From positions 1 to 64,000 of the forward strand of contig NIVC01001307.1 of the NCBI GenBank assembly GCA_002269645.1: 64,000 bases of DNA, read 5' to 3'. Below, in pieces: positions 1-14,176 of this stretch. The notes under the pieces are model-generated. The model did not search any database. It was not told the origin of the DNA and was given only the letters and a program-made list of their open reading frames with translations. This stretch comes from Macrostomum lignano (taxonomy: Eukaryota). Position numbers and translations under genes: made by a program. Position 1 is the first letter of the stretch. Each line of letters opens with the position of its first letter.

Positions 1-584
1 AATTGGTATCAGGTTATTTTCGCCGCGATTGTCTATGGTCTGAGGGGGCTGAGGGGGGCGACGATTTTTTCGGTCCCATTAATACCATAGACAGACAGAC
101 AGACAGCCTTTTTCTCTCTCGCTCGCTATCTATTCAGCAGGAAATGTGGGGGCCCATTTTCCTCTTTTAGTCCCGTCTCCTATTTCTGTATTTGCCACCT
201 TCGGTGGGGGGGAGGCGGAGGGGAGTGGCACACACGCGCGTCTGTCCGCTGAGAGACCACCTGCTGCGCTGCTGTGCCCCCCCCCCCCCGGGCTGGCAGG
301 TGTCCCCTCAGGCAACTTTCGGGACTTCGGAGCTGTTGCACGAGGCGTGAGAAATTCGATAATTATTATATATTCTTAGAGGCATAATGAAATGATAAGA
401 ATTAGAAATTTTATAAGCAAAGGAAATCAGAGGAGACTGTTGACTGACGAATAAGATTTTAAAATGAGCTTCTCTCGCAAGGGCTGACAGAAATTTTGAC
501 GAAAATTGATTGACTTGACTGACAGTTAGTGGCTGGAATGAGCGATAGTTCTGAACAGCAGATATCAGACTGCGTACATGTCAG

Positions 585-1250
585 TGTGTCAGATGCTACT
601 GTGTCAGGAAGTTATAGGTGACGCAATAAAATGTGTCAGATGCTACTGTGTCAGGAAGTTATAGGTGACGCAATAAAATGTGTCAGATGCTACTGTGTCA
701 GGAAGTTATAGGTGACGCAATAAAATGTGTCAGATGCTACTGTGTCAGGAAGTTCTAGGTAACGCAATAAAATGTGTCAGATGCTACTGTGTCAGGAAGT
801 TATAGGTAACGCAATAAAATGTGTCAGATGCTACTGTGTCAGGAAGTTCTAGGTAACGCAATAAAATGTGTCAGATGCTACTGTGTCAGGAAGTTATAGG
901 TAACGCAATAAAATGTGTCAGATGCTACTGTGTCAGGAAGTTCTAGGTAACGCAATAAAATGTGTCAGATGCTACTGTGTCAGGAAGTTATAGGTAACGC
1001 AATAAAATGTGTCAGATGCTACTGTGTCAGGAAGTTATAGGTAACGCAATAAAGTGTGTCAGATGCTACTGTGTCAGGAAGTTATAGGTGACGCAATAAA
1101 ATGTGTCAGATGCTACTGTGTCAGGAAGTTCTAGATGCCACAATAAAATGTGTCAGATTCTATTGTGTCATGAAGTTCTAGATGCCACAATAAATGTGTC
1201 AGTTACTATTGTGTCAGGAAGTTTTACATGACGCAATATAAAGTGTCAGT
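585..1250. repeat. 47-bp tandem minisatellite (~14 copies)
   Basis: Unit TGTGTCAGATGCTACTGTGTCAGGAAGTTATAGGTGACGCAATAAAA recurs at 585, 632 and onward; copies degenerate toward 1250. Confidence 0.95.
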
Positions 1251-1728
1251 TAGAAGACACAAGAGATGGTCCGAGACAATAAAGATTAGAAAATCCTTCT
1301 CAAGTCACGGATCCAAGTCCAACGCGCCAACTACAAGCACTAATTCTGTGGACTACAGGGGAAACCAGCAAGATTCACCAGACCGGACGAAGCGCTTCTT
1401 GAAAGTATCAAATTTCTATCAATAGCAATACACATAAAAAATCGAAATGTATTGAGGACGTGACAAATGCAGAGTGGCAGAATTTGATACAACACCAACT
1501 GCTGAGCACTATAACATTTTTAGGGATAAAATCTGCATCAGTTCTAGCCCGAATAAATTAGCTAAGCAGTTTTTTCATGCACGACTGGCTGCAGATTGGG
1601 TGTAATCAGATAGCGCTGAGCAGTTTGTAGGAATTCAAATTTGTGCATCGATTGACATTGTAGGTGGAGTTAAGTTAAAAAACAAATATGCAGAACTTTA
1701 TTCGTTTTTGCAATATCAGCTTACCATA

Positions 1729-1939
1729 AAATAAATAAATAAAGATTTGCAGCAGGGCTGCAGGCACCCTGGCGCTACGCCTTCGGCGACATGGTTCCAC
1801 AACCAGCGCTGACGGCAATCCTGCCCGTTCCGCTGCCTCCTGAATACTGTACACAGGCATGCACTCGTGTACACGCTCACACAGGGTGTACAGCGGCCCT
1901 GACTGTCTAGTCTCTGTGCCTTGGGAGTCTGTCTCTGAC

Positions 1940-2020
<81 letters not shown>

Positions 2021-2023
2021 GCC

Positions 2024-2068
<45 letters not shown>

Positions 2069-2071
2069 GCC

Positions 2072-2144
<73 letters not shown>

Positions 2145-2264
2145 TCGAATCGCACGCCAACCTCTAGGCCAATTTTCATGCACACAAACCCAAATAAATG
2201 TGACCGCGAACGGAATCGAACCTGGGGTCGCGGCGCGAGAGTCACGCTTTTACCGCTCGTCGAG
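1729..2264 (-). mobile_element. tRNA-derived SINE with internal (GACA)n tract
   Basis: Minus-strand tRNA-like head with B box GGTTCGATTCC (2222-2212), then GCGGTCACATTTATTTGGG, then (GACA)n, then core GGGCCGCTGTACACCCTGTGTGAGC and a (TTTA)n tail. The core and the post-head motif recur at 42361, 46294-46450 and 51968-52290. Confidence 0.75.
1940..2143. repeat. (GTCT)n microsatellite
   Basis: Directly visible tetranucleotide array. Confidence 0.98.
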
Positions 2265-4049
2265 TTTTTTCAAGAAATATTCAGCCCTATTAATCATATT
2301 TCATAATTATGTTAAAAGTAAAACATTAGGGACGGAGAACAATCGAGCAAACAGGTCTTCTGTTTGACAGCAATTAGATTTGCTCCTAGTCAAAGCAATT
2401 GAGCCCATTCGTTTACTGTTCGAGAGGGCAGCCACCTCGCAATAGTGAGGTGCTCAGGTTGAGCAGAGCAAATAGAGAAATTAAAATGAAAATCCTGTTT
2501 AACAGCTCCCAATTCTCTTTGACCAACCCTTCGGGTCCGCCATTATCCGCGACGCCTTTCTCCTTCCTCTCTTGTTCTGCTCTCTGCTTTTAGAAGAGGG
2601 CCACAGCCACCAATTGGTCTGATTTTGTCCCGCTACGACAGGCACCGAAGTGCTTTTGCCGGCCACTCAAACCGGCCACTCAGCGCTAAGGCCCGCCCGC
2701 GCCATGTTTGCCTCCTGCTTTCGCTCGGACTAAAGGGTCACTCTTCTAATAGCAGAAGCAGCAAAAGCAGTTTAAGCATACAGAAGCCTCTTATACAATT
2801 CTGGTTTGGCGGGTTTTTGAAGCTTCGAGTGTATAAGTTCCATTGTTTAACGCATTGTACCTGGCTTTAATGAGCGTCTGCAGCGCAGTCAGGCACTCGG
2901 GCGGGGGGGGGTTCAACCGTGACCGGCGCGTTTAACCCGCAGGCGTTTGACTGTAAATGATTGCGCAATCAAGAGACTTAACAGTATATACACACACATA
3001 CGACTATAGGCATACATTCGCATAAGGTTTGCGCAAGCCCAAAGGCGGCCAAAGTTCCGCCCAGGTCTTGCATGCAATTAATTATCAGAGAGCATTTTAA
3101 GCCCGTGCGGAGGAGGAGGAGGACTGAGAGCTTGGAGTCCGATTACCATTGACGCCGGCAGCAGCTGGGATTTCTCCCATGTCTGCCCCCCCCCATCGAA
3201 AAGCTGACACTTCAATAACTTCGGGTACGCAGATTTCTAAAGCTTCAAAATAATATTGGAGAAAAGGAAAAAAATCTAGTAGCAGACATGCTTGGAAGAA
3301 TTATTGCTTGCTTGTCTGCTTTTAGTTGTAAAACACCTTAGAACCTTGAAAGTAAATTACATTCTCACACTGCCAGGTGCTTCTTGACAGAAAAGCAGAC
3401 ACCCATGCCCCACTGAGTGTGTGTCGATTCTTAGACAGTAAAGTTTCTGTCACAGCTGCTGCTGCTGCTGCTGCTTCCTCTCCACTATCTGGGTCACCGC
3501 ATGACCGGTCTGTGCTCAGAATTTGGAAACCATGTTTCTCCTCTGTGCTTGTCTGTCTGTCTGCCCCTGCCCTGCGCCCCTCCACTGGCCTTCTCTCGTC
3601 TCGTCTGGTCTCCTCTAATCTCTCCGCTCGTCGTTCGCTTCCGCATTTCCTTTTTAATCTTCTGCTTCGGGGAGTGGGGGTGGGCACCGAAAGCGAGCAG
3701 GCTGATTTCAGTTCAGTCTTTATCCCAAGGCACGGCACGCGCACACATTAATCACTTCCGATTGAATTGCTAATGAGGGGGGAGCCACGGAGGGCCCCAA
3801 ATCCTCCCATCTCTGCACCCTGAAACTCGCTCGATTTTATTGCTGTGGAACACTGGCTGGGCCAGGATCTCTAGGATAGCCCTAATCGACATTAAAAGCC
3901 GTCTTGCGCTGGCCTGAATGCCGTGCTTCCTTATCCAACAATGCTGGAGGTGATTCGTGAATTCACAATCTCGAATAGCCCCTAATTTACAAGCCCCGAA
4001 ATTAACGTTTGGAAAAAAAACATTAAAATCTCCGAGCTTCAGATTCTCC

Positions 4050-4570
4050 AGCCTTCACGTTCCTCGATCTTCACATTCTTAAATCTTCACATTTCTCAAC
4101 CTTTACATTCCCCAACCTTCAAATTCTTCAACCCTAATGTTAATACATTCCCTAATGTTTACATTTCCCAATCTTCCCATTCCCAAGCTTCACATTCCCC
4201 AATCTTCACGTTCCCCAAGCTTTACATTCCCCAAGCTTCACATTCCCCAGTCTTCACATTCCCCAGTCTTCACATTCCCCAAACCCTCACGTTCCCCAAT
4301 CTTCACGTTCCCCAAGCTTTACATTCCCCAAGCTTCACATTCCCCAGTCTTCACATTCCCCAGTCTTCACATTCCCCAAACCCTCACGTTCCCCAATCTT
4401 CACATTCCCCAATCTTAACATTCCTCAATGTTCACATTCCCCAATCTCCACATTCCCCAATCTTCACATTCCCCAATCTTCACATTCCCCAATCTTCACA
4501 CTCCCAAGCTTCATATTCCCCAATCTTCACGTTCCCCAATCTTCACATTCCTCAAGCTTCACATTCTCCA
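4050..4570 (+). repeat. 16-bp minisatellite (AAGCTTCACATTCCCC family)
   Basis: Degenerate tandem copies; the same family occurs at 6350-7170 and, inverted, at 8405-8990. Confidence 0.9.
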
Positions 4571-5299
4571 AACAAATACTCGTACCTACCGATGCTTTGA
4601 GCATTTCAATTCTGTGAAGTTTCTGGTCAGTGAACTTTAGTGAAGCGACCCGATATGAATTTTGGCGAATCTCTGAACAAGAAATTGTGAATTGGGGATT
4701 TCAACATCACTCTGAAAGCGAGTCACGCCAGCCTCCTTAAACTATTTCCTCTCCGCTCAATAGATACTTCAATTTTAAACTAAGATTACATTTTTTTGTG
4801 TTTAGACTGTAAAATAGTTTGTTTATCTCGGTGCGGGCAGAAAAACAACAGAAACTTTGATACATTATCGAAAGAGAAACAGACTGAACCTCGAATATTC
4901 GTGCAATTTGTGCGCAGTAATCCGACATCATCTTGGAAACTGGGACAACTTGAAAAGGGTGCCACAGAGGTGCCACAGGCACGGGCAGTGTTCGAAATGC
5001 AAATTTCTAGAGCGCACGCGTAAAATAGGCAGCTAATCTCTATGATCCTAAAATACTGTGCAGGTCGCGCTTATAAACACAAAAAATAGTCAAACGGCAC
5101 CAATAAAAACAGATCTTGGACGGCATTCTTCAGTAGAGAAAAGGCGGACACTTACGAGTAAGCTTGTGTCGGATTTGTGCCCAATTTATGATCTCATTTT
5201 GTTGCAATTACGAACTGTGCCAAGTCATTAAGGCTTTCTTGACTAAGTTAAGTCCCCAGTGAGGCGGGTTAGCCATTTTGGAATTCGTGCATGAAATTC

Positions 5300-5495
5300 T
5301 TTCCTGGGGAATTCCTACCTGGAGAATTCTATTCAGGGGAATTATTTTCTGGGGAACTCTTTTCTGGCCTTCTGGGGAATTCTTTCCTATGGCAATTCTA
5401 CGCTGGGAAATTTTTCCTAGACAATTCCTTTCAGGGGAACATTTTCCTGGCAATTCTTTCCTGGGGAATTCTTTCTGGCAAAATTCTCTCCTGGA
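5300..5495. repeat. Degenerate short tandem repeat (GGGAATTCTTTCCTG-like)
   Basis: Recurrent GGAATT/TTCTGG subunits. Confidence 0.6.
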
Positions 5496-6349
5496 AATTC
5501 TCTTACTTAATAAATCAATAAAATAATGAATTTTATTGGTTATATTTCCTTAGTTTCAGAGACGTATTCGTGTAACTGAAATCCTAAGGAAATTTGCTAA
5601 TTCCCTGGGGAATTGATTGAACTTTTTTGCAGCTTATTCTGTCCAAGGGGGAATTTCTAATAGATTCTAGAAACTGTTGGCATCAGACTAGGCTAACATC
5701 CATCTCTCTTAAAACGAGAATTCTGGCAACTTGGCCTCAATGCGCCTGTCTGCAGAACAAATGTCATTGTTAAAAATGTGCGATGAGTACCCTCCTCCAC
5801 CGCTGCTCCAGCTCAGACTGAATGAGCGAGTCCTGGGAAACGATGAGAGGAAAAGCAGGTGTTGATAAATTTTTTCGGCAGCTGCTATTAGTAGCTCTTG
5901 ATGGGATAATTCTCCTTCCGCCTCCCCTGGAAGCAGCGACCCGAGGGCGGCAGGGTCAGTCGGGCGTGAAGGTCTCAAGGGCTGAGTGCTGATGAAGCGA
6001 GCGGGGGTCCTGCTGTGGGCAGTTTTTTTTTCAAATTCGTTCTCAAATTTTCAGGACGCTCTGCTAGACCGGAAATGAGCTTAGTGGGAGGCGGGCGCCA
6101 GCCTCGATGAGGCTGGATGGGGTTGTTTTGACTGCTGGGGAGGGAAGGAGAAGCATTGACTCAGCCGAAGGGATGGAGAAGTCCAAGGAGGCTTTGTACG
6201 GAGAATCTGGAATTAGCATCTCTTTCACAAATCAAAACTTTCGATGGAAGCAATTCATAGCAGAAAATACTAGCAACCGGAAGTGATTCACAATCTCAAA
6301 GTTTAACATGCCTTAGTTGCCGTCCTCCGAAATTTCATGTTCCCTAAAG

Positions 6350-7170
6350 CATCACATTCTCCAAGCTTCACATTCTCCAAGCTTCACATGCCTTAGTTGC
6401 CGTCCTCCGAAATTTCATGTTCCCTAAAGCATCACATTCTCCAAGCTTCACATTCTCCAAGCTTCACATTCCCCAAGCTTCACATTCCTCCAAGCTTCAC
6501 ATTCCCCAAGCTTCACATTCCCCAAGCTTCACATTCCCCAAGCTTCACATTCCCCAAGCTTCACATTCCCCAAGCTTCACATTCCCCAATCTTCACATTC
6601 CCCAATCTTTACATTCTCTAATATTCACATTCCCCAAGCATCACATTCTCCAAGCTTCACATTCTCCAAGCTTCACATTCTCCAAGCTACACATTCCTCA
6701 AGCTTCACATTCCTCAAGCATCACATTCCTCAAGCATCACATTCCCCAAGCTTCACATTCCCCAAGCTTCACATTCCCCAAGCTTCACATTCCTCCAAGC
6801 TTCACATTCCCCCAAGCTTCACATTCCCCAATCTTCACATTCCCCAAGCTTCACATTCCCCAAGCTTCACATTCCCCAAGCTTCACATTCCCCAAGCTTC
6901 ACATTCTCCCAAGCTTCACATTCCCCAATCTTCACATTCCCCAAGCTTCACATTCCCCAAGCTTCACATTCCTCAAGCTTCACATTCTCCAAGCTTCGCA
7001 TTCTCCAAGCTTCACATTCTCTAAGCTTCACATTCTCCAAGCTTCACATTCTCTAAGCTTCACATTCTCCAAGCTTCACATTCTCCAAGCTTCACATTCT
7101 CCAATATTTAAATTCCTCATTTTTCACATTCTTCATTTTTCACATTCTTCATTTTTCACATTCTCCAAGT
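6350..7170 (+). repeat. 16-bp minisatellite (AAGCTTCACATTCCCC)
   Basis: Tandem array; the 16-aa periodicity of the spurious ORF equals 3 units. Confidence 0.95.
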
Positions 7171-8404
7171 TTCCAATTCTTAATCAAAAATTCACAATCC
7201 CAACTTGATTAGCAGCATTTCCCTCTCAGCAGACCGCAGTTGCTGCTAAGAAAATCATCGTCACTCCAGATCCATCCTTCCAGACCTCCTTGGGAATTCT
7301 CCCCCACACTTGCTGCGCTGGGAGATTTTTTCTGACCTAAATAATATAGAAGGCCAATGGGTCTGTTTAGATCCCAAGGGGAGTTTTTTTCTATTCCCCA
7401 GGCTATAGAATCTCCCCAAATCCACAGCCTGATAGGGTATCCGCAAATTTGGGATTCATAATAATGGAAAAAGTGTGCAAGGGGCCCACCGCTCCTGCAC
7501 CTGTCCCTTATTTAGCCGCCTCCCCCCCCCCTGCGCTAAACAGATGAAGCGTGAGAAGCTGAAATGAGGGCTTCAAAGCGGATTAAGGGATGCGGAATCG
7601 ATCTGTGGGATAAAAACAACAGCGGGGATTTTCTCATCTAATGAACGAACTGCAGACAGGTCGATACAAAAGCGACCGACTCGGGACATTGTCCCTATCA
7701 GTATCAGCGGCTCAGGCGCTACATTGAATTTAGTTGTATCAAAATTTCGTTGCACGGATTGGGGAGAAAGGATTTGAACAGATGGGGTCAATAGTGGAAT
7801 TGATAATTTAATAAGCATAGTTAATCCGATCTTCAAGATTTCCTATCCCCGCCTTTTTGAGACCCGGTCATTTTCCCCTTCTCTCGGCGCATAAGACAGA
7901 TCCCAATCTCGGTAGTTATTTATCCTGCCCTCCCAGTTCTCTAACGTAATCATGAGCTGAAGCGAGAATGGGCTTGTCGGGTCCTCTCACGTCTTCGTGT
8001 CTTGTAACCTGTCAGGGCTGCACCCAGTGTCTGCTTCCTGTCCTGAAGGGAAAGCCTCCAGGGGGTCCGCACGGGGCCGCCGGCTGATGCCGGTTCGATA
8101 ATAGCAGAGCTTTCACAAATGGAAACTTGTCTGTCTGTCCGCCTGTCTGCCTGCCTGTCTAACCCTCACGCCCTATAGATCATCCATCATTAAGGCTTGA
8201 AGGGTTGGAGTTCGAAATTCTTGTTGTCCGAGTGGGCATCGGGTTTGTGTGGGCTTGAGCTCAATTTTCAGTCTCGGCATTTGAAATGTTTTTCAATCCA
8301 TTTTCGACAAGAAAATAGCTATGCATGTTGATATTTATAATAGGTAGTGACCACCTGTTCAATGGTTTTAATTTAAATATATTTGGATTCTGAACAAACA
8401 TTTC

Positions 8405-8990
8405 AGAATGTGAAGATTGGGGAGATGTGAAGATTGGGGAGATGTGAAGATTGGGGAGATGGGAAGATTGGGTGAATGTGAAGATTGGGTGAATGAGAAG
8501 ATAGATAAATGCGAAGATTATTGAATTGAAGAGTGGGGAAGTCTGAGATTGGGTGAATGTGAAGATTGGGTAAATGAGAAGATTGATGAATGTGAAGATC
8601 GATGAATGTGAAGAGTGGGGAAGTGTGGGATTGGGGGAATGTGAAGATTGGTGAATCTGAAGGCGGGTGAATGTGAAGATTGATGTATGTGAAGAGTGGG
8701 GAAGTGTGGGATTAGGGGAATGTGAAGATTGGTGAATGTGAATGTGAAGATTGGTGAATGTGAAGGCGGGTGAATGTGAAGATTAGTGAATGTGAAGATT
8801 GGTGAATGTGAAGGCGGGTGAATGTGAAGATTGATGAATGTGAAGAGTGGGGAAGTGTGGGATTGGGGAATGTGAAGATTAGTGAATGTGAAGGCGGGTG
8901 AATGTGAAGATTAGTGAATGTGAAGATTAGTGAATGTGAAGATTGGTGAATGTGAAGATTGGTGAATGTGAAGGCGGGTTAATGTTAGGA
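8405..8990 (-). repeat. Inverted copy of the 16-bp minisatellite family (GAATGTGAAGATTGG)
   Basis: Reverse complement of CCAATCTTCACATTC units. Confidence 0.9.
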
Positions 8991-10067
8991 GAATGCCTAA
9001 CATTAGGAGAATTCGAAAACCGCGGAGATTTTAATTAGGGATAATTTCGATCACTACAACTTTTCAGTGACCAAACTGATAAGCTAAGAGCAAGTTTCCA
9101 ATTTCTGGGCCATGAAAGCCCTAAAAGAGGGGAGCCAGAAGTCATCAGGAAAGGCAAAAGAAGCAACAGCAGCAATCAGGGGGAGGGGTGCTTTCTGCAC
9201 GAGGCTATAGTACCTTAGCGGCGCAAAAATTTCTTGTTGCTAAGGCCCTGGCCGATCTCCCTGCAGTGCAGAGACCCAAGTGCCAAGGTGGAAGGAAGAA
9301 GTCCCACCGCCAGCACCCCCTCCCCCCCGAGGGACTATGCGGGAGCCATGGCAGCAGTTCGAGTGACGCTGTTACGCTGTACCATAACTGCAGCCAAAAA
9401 TCTGGATGCATAGGAAATGTGTATGCGCGGACAGTTCCGGGCACTAATATGTGTTTGCTCCATCCTTGCATTGCCCCCCCCGGGTTCCAATTCCAGCGGA
9501 CCATAGTGAGCGCCTCGAGTGTTTGTTCAAGTCCGCCTCGCTTCTTTCCTTCCCTCAGTCGCGTGTCTCCAAGCGGCACCCCCAAACAGGCCGTGCGATG
9601 CCACTTATTTTTTTCACTCTCTGGCCTGGCCGAGGTTGAGGGAAGTAGCGAAGGAGGGATGGGGGTGGCACAGGGGGAGGAATTTGTCGAATATCAGCGG
9701 CTCGGATCGGGATTGATTGATGATGAGGAATCTGGGAAGCTGGGGGGAGCTGTGGGAAGTATAGAAAGTGACACCCGCCATGGCTGCACCGGTCCCAGCA
9801 GCCTTCCTGGGATTCTGCCGCTCCTCATCTGTCCGGTCACTGGCTGGGCCGGACCCCCTGCCAAGGGCTGAGATTCAAGGGGCTGGTTGTTGGGTGCAGG
9901 GAGCCCATTTCGAACCGAGCCTGACCTGTTTCCTGTCTTCTTTTAGAACCGATAGATGGATAGATAGATAGGCTGTAAAAAGTGGAATATCCTGTCAGCC
10001 TGTCTCGGAGAAGGAAAAAGTTTGAAACAAAATCTTAGAAAATGAATCGTTAAGCACAGCGAGGTGT

Positions 10068-10970
10068 AGAGGGGGTCACACTTTACCGCAACACAGGGGT
10101 AGAGGGGGTCACACTTTACCGCAACACAGGGGTAGAGGGGGTCACACTTTTCCACCAACACAGGGGTAGAGAGGGGGTCACACTTTTCCACAAACACAGG
10201 GGTAGAGGGGGTCACACTTTTCCACCAACACAGGGGTAGAGAGGGGGTCACACTTTTCCACCAACACAGGGGTAGAGGGGGTCACACTTTTCCACAAACA
10301 CAGGGGTAGAGAGGGGGTCACACTTTTCCACAAACACAGGGGTAGAGAGGGGGTCACACTTTTCCACCAACACAGGGGTAGAGGGGGTCACACTTTTTCC
10401 ACCAACACAGGGGTAGAGAGGGGGTCACACTTTTCCACAAACACAGGGGTAGAGGGGGTCACACTTTTCCACCAACACAGGGGTAGAGAGGGGGTCACAC
10501 TTTTCCACCAACACAGGGGTAGAGGGGGTCACACTTTTCCACAAACACAGGGGTAGAGAGGGGGTCACACTTTTCCACAAACACAGGGGTAGAGGGGGTC
10601 ACACTTTTTCCACCAACACAGGGGTAGAGAGGGGGTCACACTTTTCCACCAACACAGGGGTAGAGAAGGGGTCACACTTTTCCACCAACACAGGGGTAGA
10701 GAGGGGGTCACACTTTTCCACCAACACAGGGGTAGAGGGGGGGTCACACTTTTCCACCAACACAGGGGTAGAGGGGGTCACACTTTTCCACCAACACAGG
10801 GGTAGAGGGGGTCACACTTTTCCACCAACACAGGGGTAGAGGGGGTCACACCTTTCCAAAAACACAGGGGTGGAGGGGATCACACTTTACCGTGTGAAGG
10901 TGAAGGTGACACAGGGGTAGAGGGGTCACACAGTCACACTTTTCCACCAACACAGGGGTAGAGAGGGTCA
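10068..10970. repeat. ~30-33-bp minisatellite (GGGGTCACACTTTTCCACCAACACAGGGGTAGAG)
   Basis: Tandem copies with variable G-run and AG lengths. Confidence 0.95.
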
Positions 10971-12189
10971 TACTGAATGAGTCTATGACTGACGAGTTAC
11001 TCATGTTAGAGGTTTACTGTAATTTAGACAAGCCGGTCTACATCAAATCCCAAAGCATAAAAATGGCCTGAAGTATTAAATAACTCACGATGACTCACAA
11101 AACGCCCAGAGTATACCGGAAGCAGCAGCCAGTTAGCAACTAGCTGACAAATGCCAAAATCTAACTCCTATAGTAATCTTGCCAACGATAAGAATTCTAT
11201 TCAAAAAACTCCAAATATATTTTCAGCTTCCGGGAGGTCAGTCAACGCGTCATCAACCGAGAGAGAGAGAGAGAGGAGATCGAACTTTCGGTTGCCCACC
11301 GGAAGTGATGCATTGCGCCGGAAGTTAACTTAGGAGAAGAGGTGCCAGAGTTCTATTTAGCCTCTGTGCTCGCACTTCCGTTCATTATCAAGGCTGAGTG
11401 TATGATGTAGGTGAGTAAATTGAGGAAACTGCTGCTCGCATCTGTCATAGCAACTGGCCTGGCCAAGTGCTCGCAGAGTGGGTCCCTGAGATGAAGGATG
11501 GAGAGTGCTCTGGCCCAGACTCCTCAACGAATTATGCTTCTCAACCCTTCCCCTTCCCCCCTGGGGCCACGTGTCAGGTTGGTGAGGGAAAGTGATGTTA
11601 TCGGGGTCGAGCTCGGGGACCGGCAAGGTCGAGGCTGTTCCAATTCGGGAGATTGGGAGGGAGACCCTCTGTTTGGCTTGAGTTGCGGGGAAAAGTAAGA
11701 AGGGGATTGGGAATCTGGAGGCGGAAAAAATCTCATGATCGGAGAGAAGGGGAGCGACTCGACCCGCCTTGACAACCAGGTGCGTGCCGCTTGGGATTTG
11801 GGATCTGTATAGCGGTCTCGCAACACACAGCTAGAATCAGGTTCACTTCTTGCCTGATCGGTAACTTTTTTCTTCGTTGCACGAATTCAATTCGATTTCA
11901 CGCTCTAATTGAGCCGAAAAACAGCCCCCCCCACCGCTGTCAACAAGTTTTCTATAGGCTCATTATTGGCCTGAGATTCCAATCTGAAATGGTTGCTATA
12001 GGCACAGGGCTCGAGTATTCGGTTTCAGGTTAGTCAGGAGGGAAAATGTGAAGGTGAAAGTATAGGCAGGAACCGGGATCTGCTATGCAGGTAGTTCGCT
12101 GCTTTTTTGCTTTTATGAGACAGAGGCAGACCCTATCTTATAAAGGCAGACCCAATCTTATAAAGGCAGACCCAATCTTATAGAGAAGA

Positions 12190-13572
12190 CCCAAGAAATA
12201 CAAGAAATAGAAGGAGAGACACGAGAGATAGAGGGATAGACATGAGAGATACAGAGACACGAGAGATAGAAGGAGAGACACGAGAGATAGAGGGATAGAC
12301 ATGAGAGATACAGAGACACGAGAGATAGAAGGAGAGACACGAGAGATAGAGGGATAGACATGAGAGATACAGAGACACGAGAGATAGAAGGAGAGACACG
12401 AGAGATAGAAGGAGAGACATGAGAGATAGAAGGAGAGACACGAGAGATAGGAGAGACACGAGAGATAGAAGGAGAGATATGAGAGATAGAAGGAGAGACA
12501 CGAGAGATAGAAGGAGAGACACGAGAGATAGAAGGAGAGACACGAGAGATAGAAGGAGAGACACGAGAGATAGAAGGAGAGACACGAGAGATAGAAGGAG
12601 AGACACGAGAGATAGAAGGAGAGACACGAGAGATAGAAGGAGAGACATGAGAGATAGAAGGAGAGACACGAGAGATAGGAGAGACACGAGAGATAGAAGG
12701 AGAGACATGAGAGATAGAAGGAGAGACACGAGAGATAGAAGGAGAGACACGAGAGATAGAAGGAGAGACACGAGAGATAGAAGGAGAGACACGAGAGATA
12801 GAAGGAGAGACACGAGAGATAGAGGGATAGACATGAGAGATAGAAGGAGAGACACGAGAGATAGAAGGAGAGACACGAGAGATAGAAGGAGAGACACGAG
12901 AGATAGAAGGAGAGACACGAGAGATAGAAGGAGAGACACGAGAGATAGAGGGATAGACATGAGAGATACAGAGACACGAGAGATAGAAGGAGAGACACGA
13001 GAGATAGAAGGAGAGACACGAGAGATAGAAGGAGAGACACGAGAGATAGAAGGAGAGACACGAGAGATAGAAGGAGAGACACGAGAGATAGAAGGAGAGA
13101 CACGAGAGATAGAAGGAGAGACACGAGAGATAGAAGGAGAGACACGAGAGATAGAAGGAGAGACACGAGAGATAGAAGGAGAGACACGAGAGATAGAAGG
13201 AGAGACACGAGAGATAGAAGGAGAGACACGAGAGATAGAAGGAGAGACACGAGAGATAGAAGGAGAGACACGAGAGATAGAAGGAGAGACACGAGAGATA
13301 GAAGGAGAGACACGAGAGATAGAAGGAGAGACACGAGAGATAGAAGGAGAGACACGAGAGATAGAAGGAGAGACACGAGAGATAGAAGGAGAGACACGAG
13401 AGATAGAAGGAGAGACACGAGAGATAGAAGGAGAGACACGAGAGATAGAAGGAGAGACACGAGAGATAGAAGGAGAGACACGAGAGATAGAAGGAGAGAC
13501 ACGAGAGATAGAAGGAGAGACACGAGAGATAGAAGGAGAGACACGAGAGATAGAAGGAGAGACACGAGAGAT
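12190..13572. repeat. 21-bp purine-rich minisatellite (GAGACACGAGAGATAGAAGGA)
   Basis: More than 60 tandem copies; generates the spurious 400-500 aa ORFs. Confidence 0.97.
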
Positions 13573-14176
13573 ACGAGCTAGCAGACGAGATAAGGACTGG
13601 CCATATACTTCTTGAGCCGGATGAGACGGCACGTGACTCCATTCTCCAGCCTTCCGCCTGATTACAACCTACGGTAGCTTTACAAGTGCCCATTACAGCC
13701 TATTACAGCCCATTACAGCCTATTACAGCCCAGCCCATCTAATTCGATCCCAACCTAAAATTCTTATCAGCTCCGGTCAGGGGTCGAACAGAAATTAATG
13801 CCCAAAAATTTTAATGCTTGCCCCATCCTAACCTGCTCAGAAGAGCTATTCCTTCCCTATATTATCCTAATTCCCCCCTCTCTCCCTGATAAGCATAAGC
13901 TGCATATGGGAGGCGCGTGAGGATCTGCCAGTGGCAGCGGCAGCAGCAGCGACAGAGAGTTGCGACAGTGAGGGGAGGGGTTGGGGTCCGGGTTGAACCG
14001 GTTGGGCCCACGAATTAGGGGGTTTAGCCGCCATTTTTCAACTCCATCTTATTATATAGATGACGGTGCCGATTTCAGGATGCGATAAGACAGAATCGAG
14101 GCGCTCGGCGCCAGGCGGAGATTGGGGCAGAGATCTGGAAACTGGAATGGCTGGGTTTTTACCCCGTTGCAGGCCA

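Noticed and set aside
2190-2264. tRNA-like sequences (also 46395-46450, 15870-15925)
   Set aside because: B boxes are present but the acceptor and D stems are incomplete and are followed by repeat bodies; called SINE heads, not tRNA genes.
6417-7208. 263-aa ORF and other repeat ORFs (24460-25194, 25627-26169, 29325-29930, 50352-51142)
   Set aside because: All are read-throughs of minisatellites.
9188-9871. 227-aa and overlapping GC-rich ORFs
   Set aside because: No recognisable domain or consistent splice model; possibly decayed sequence.
12138-13693. Four long ORFs (398-511 aa)
   Set aside because: Translations of the 21-bp tandem repeat; no coding signal.
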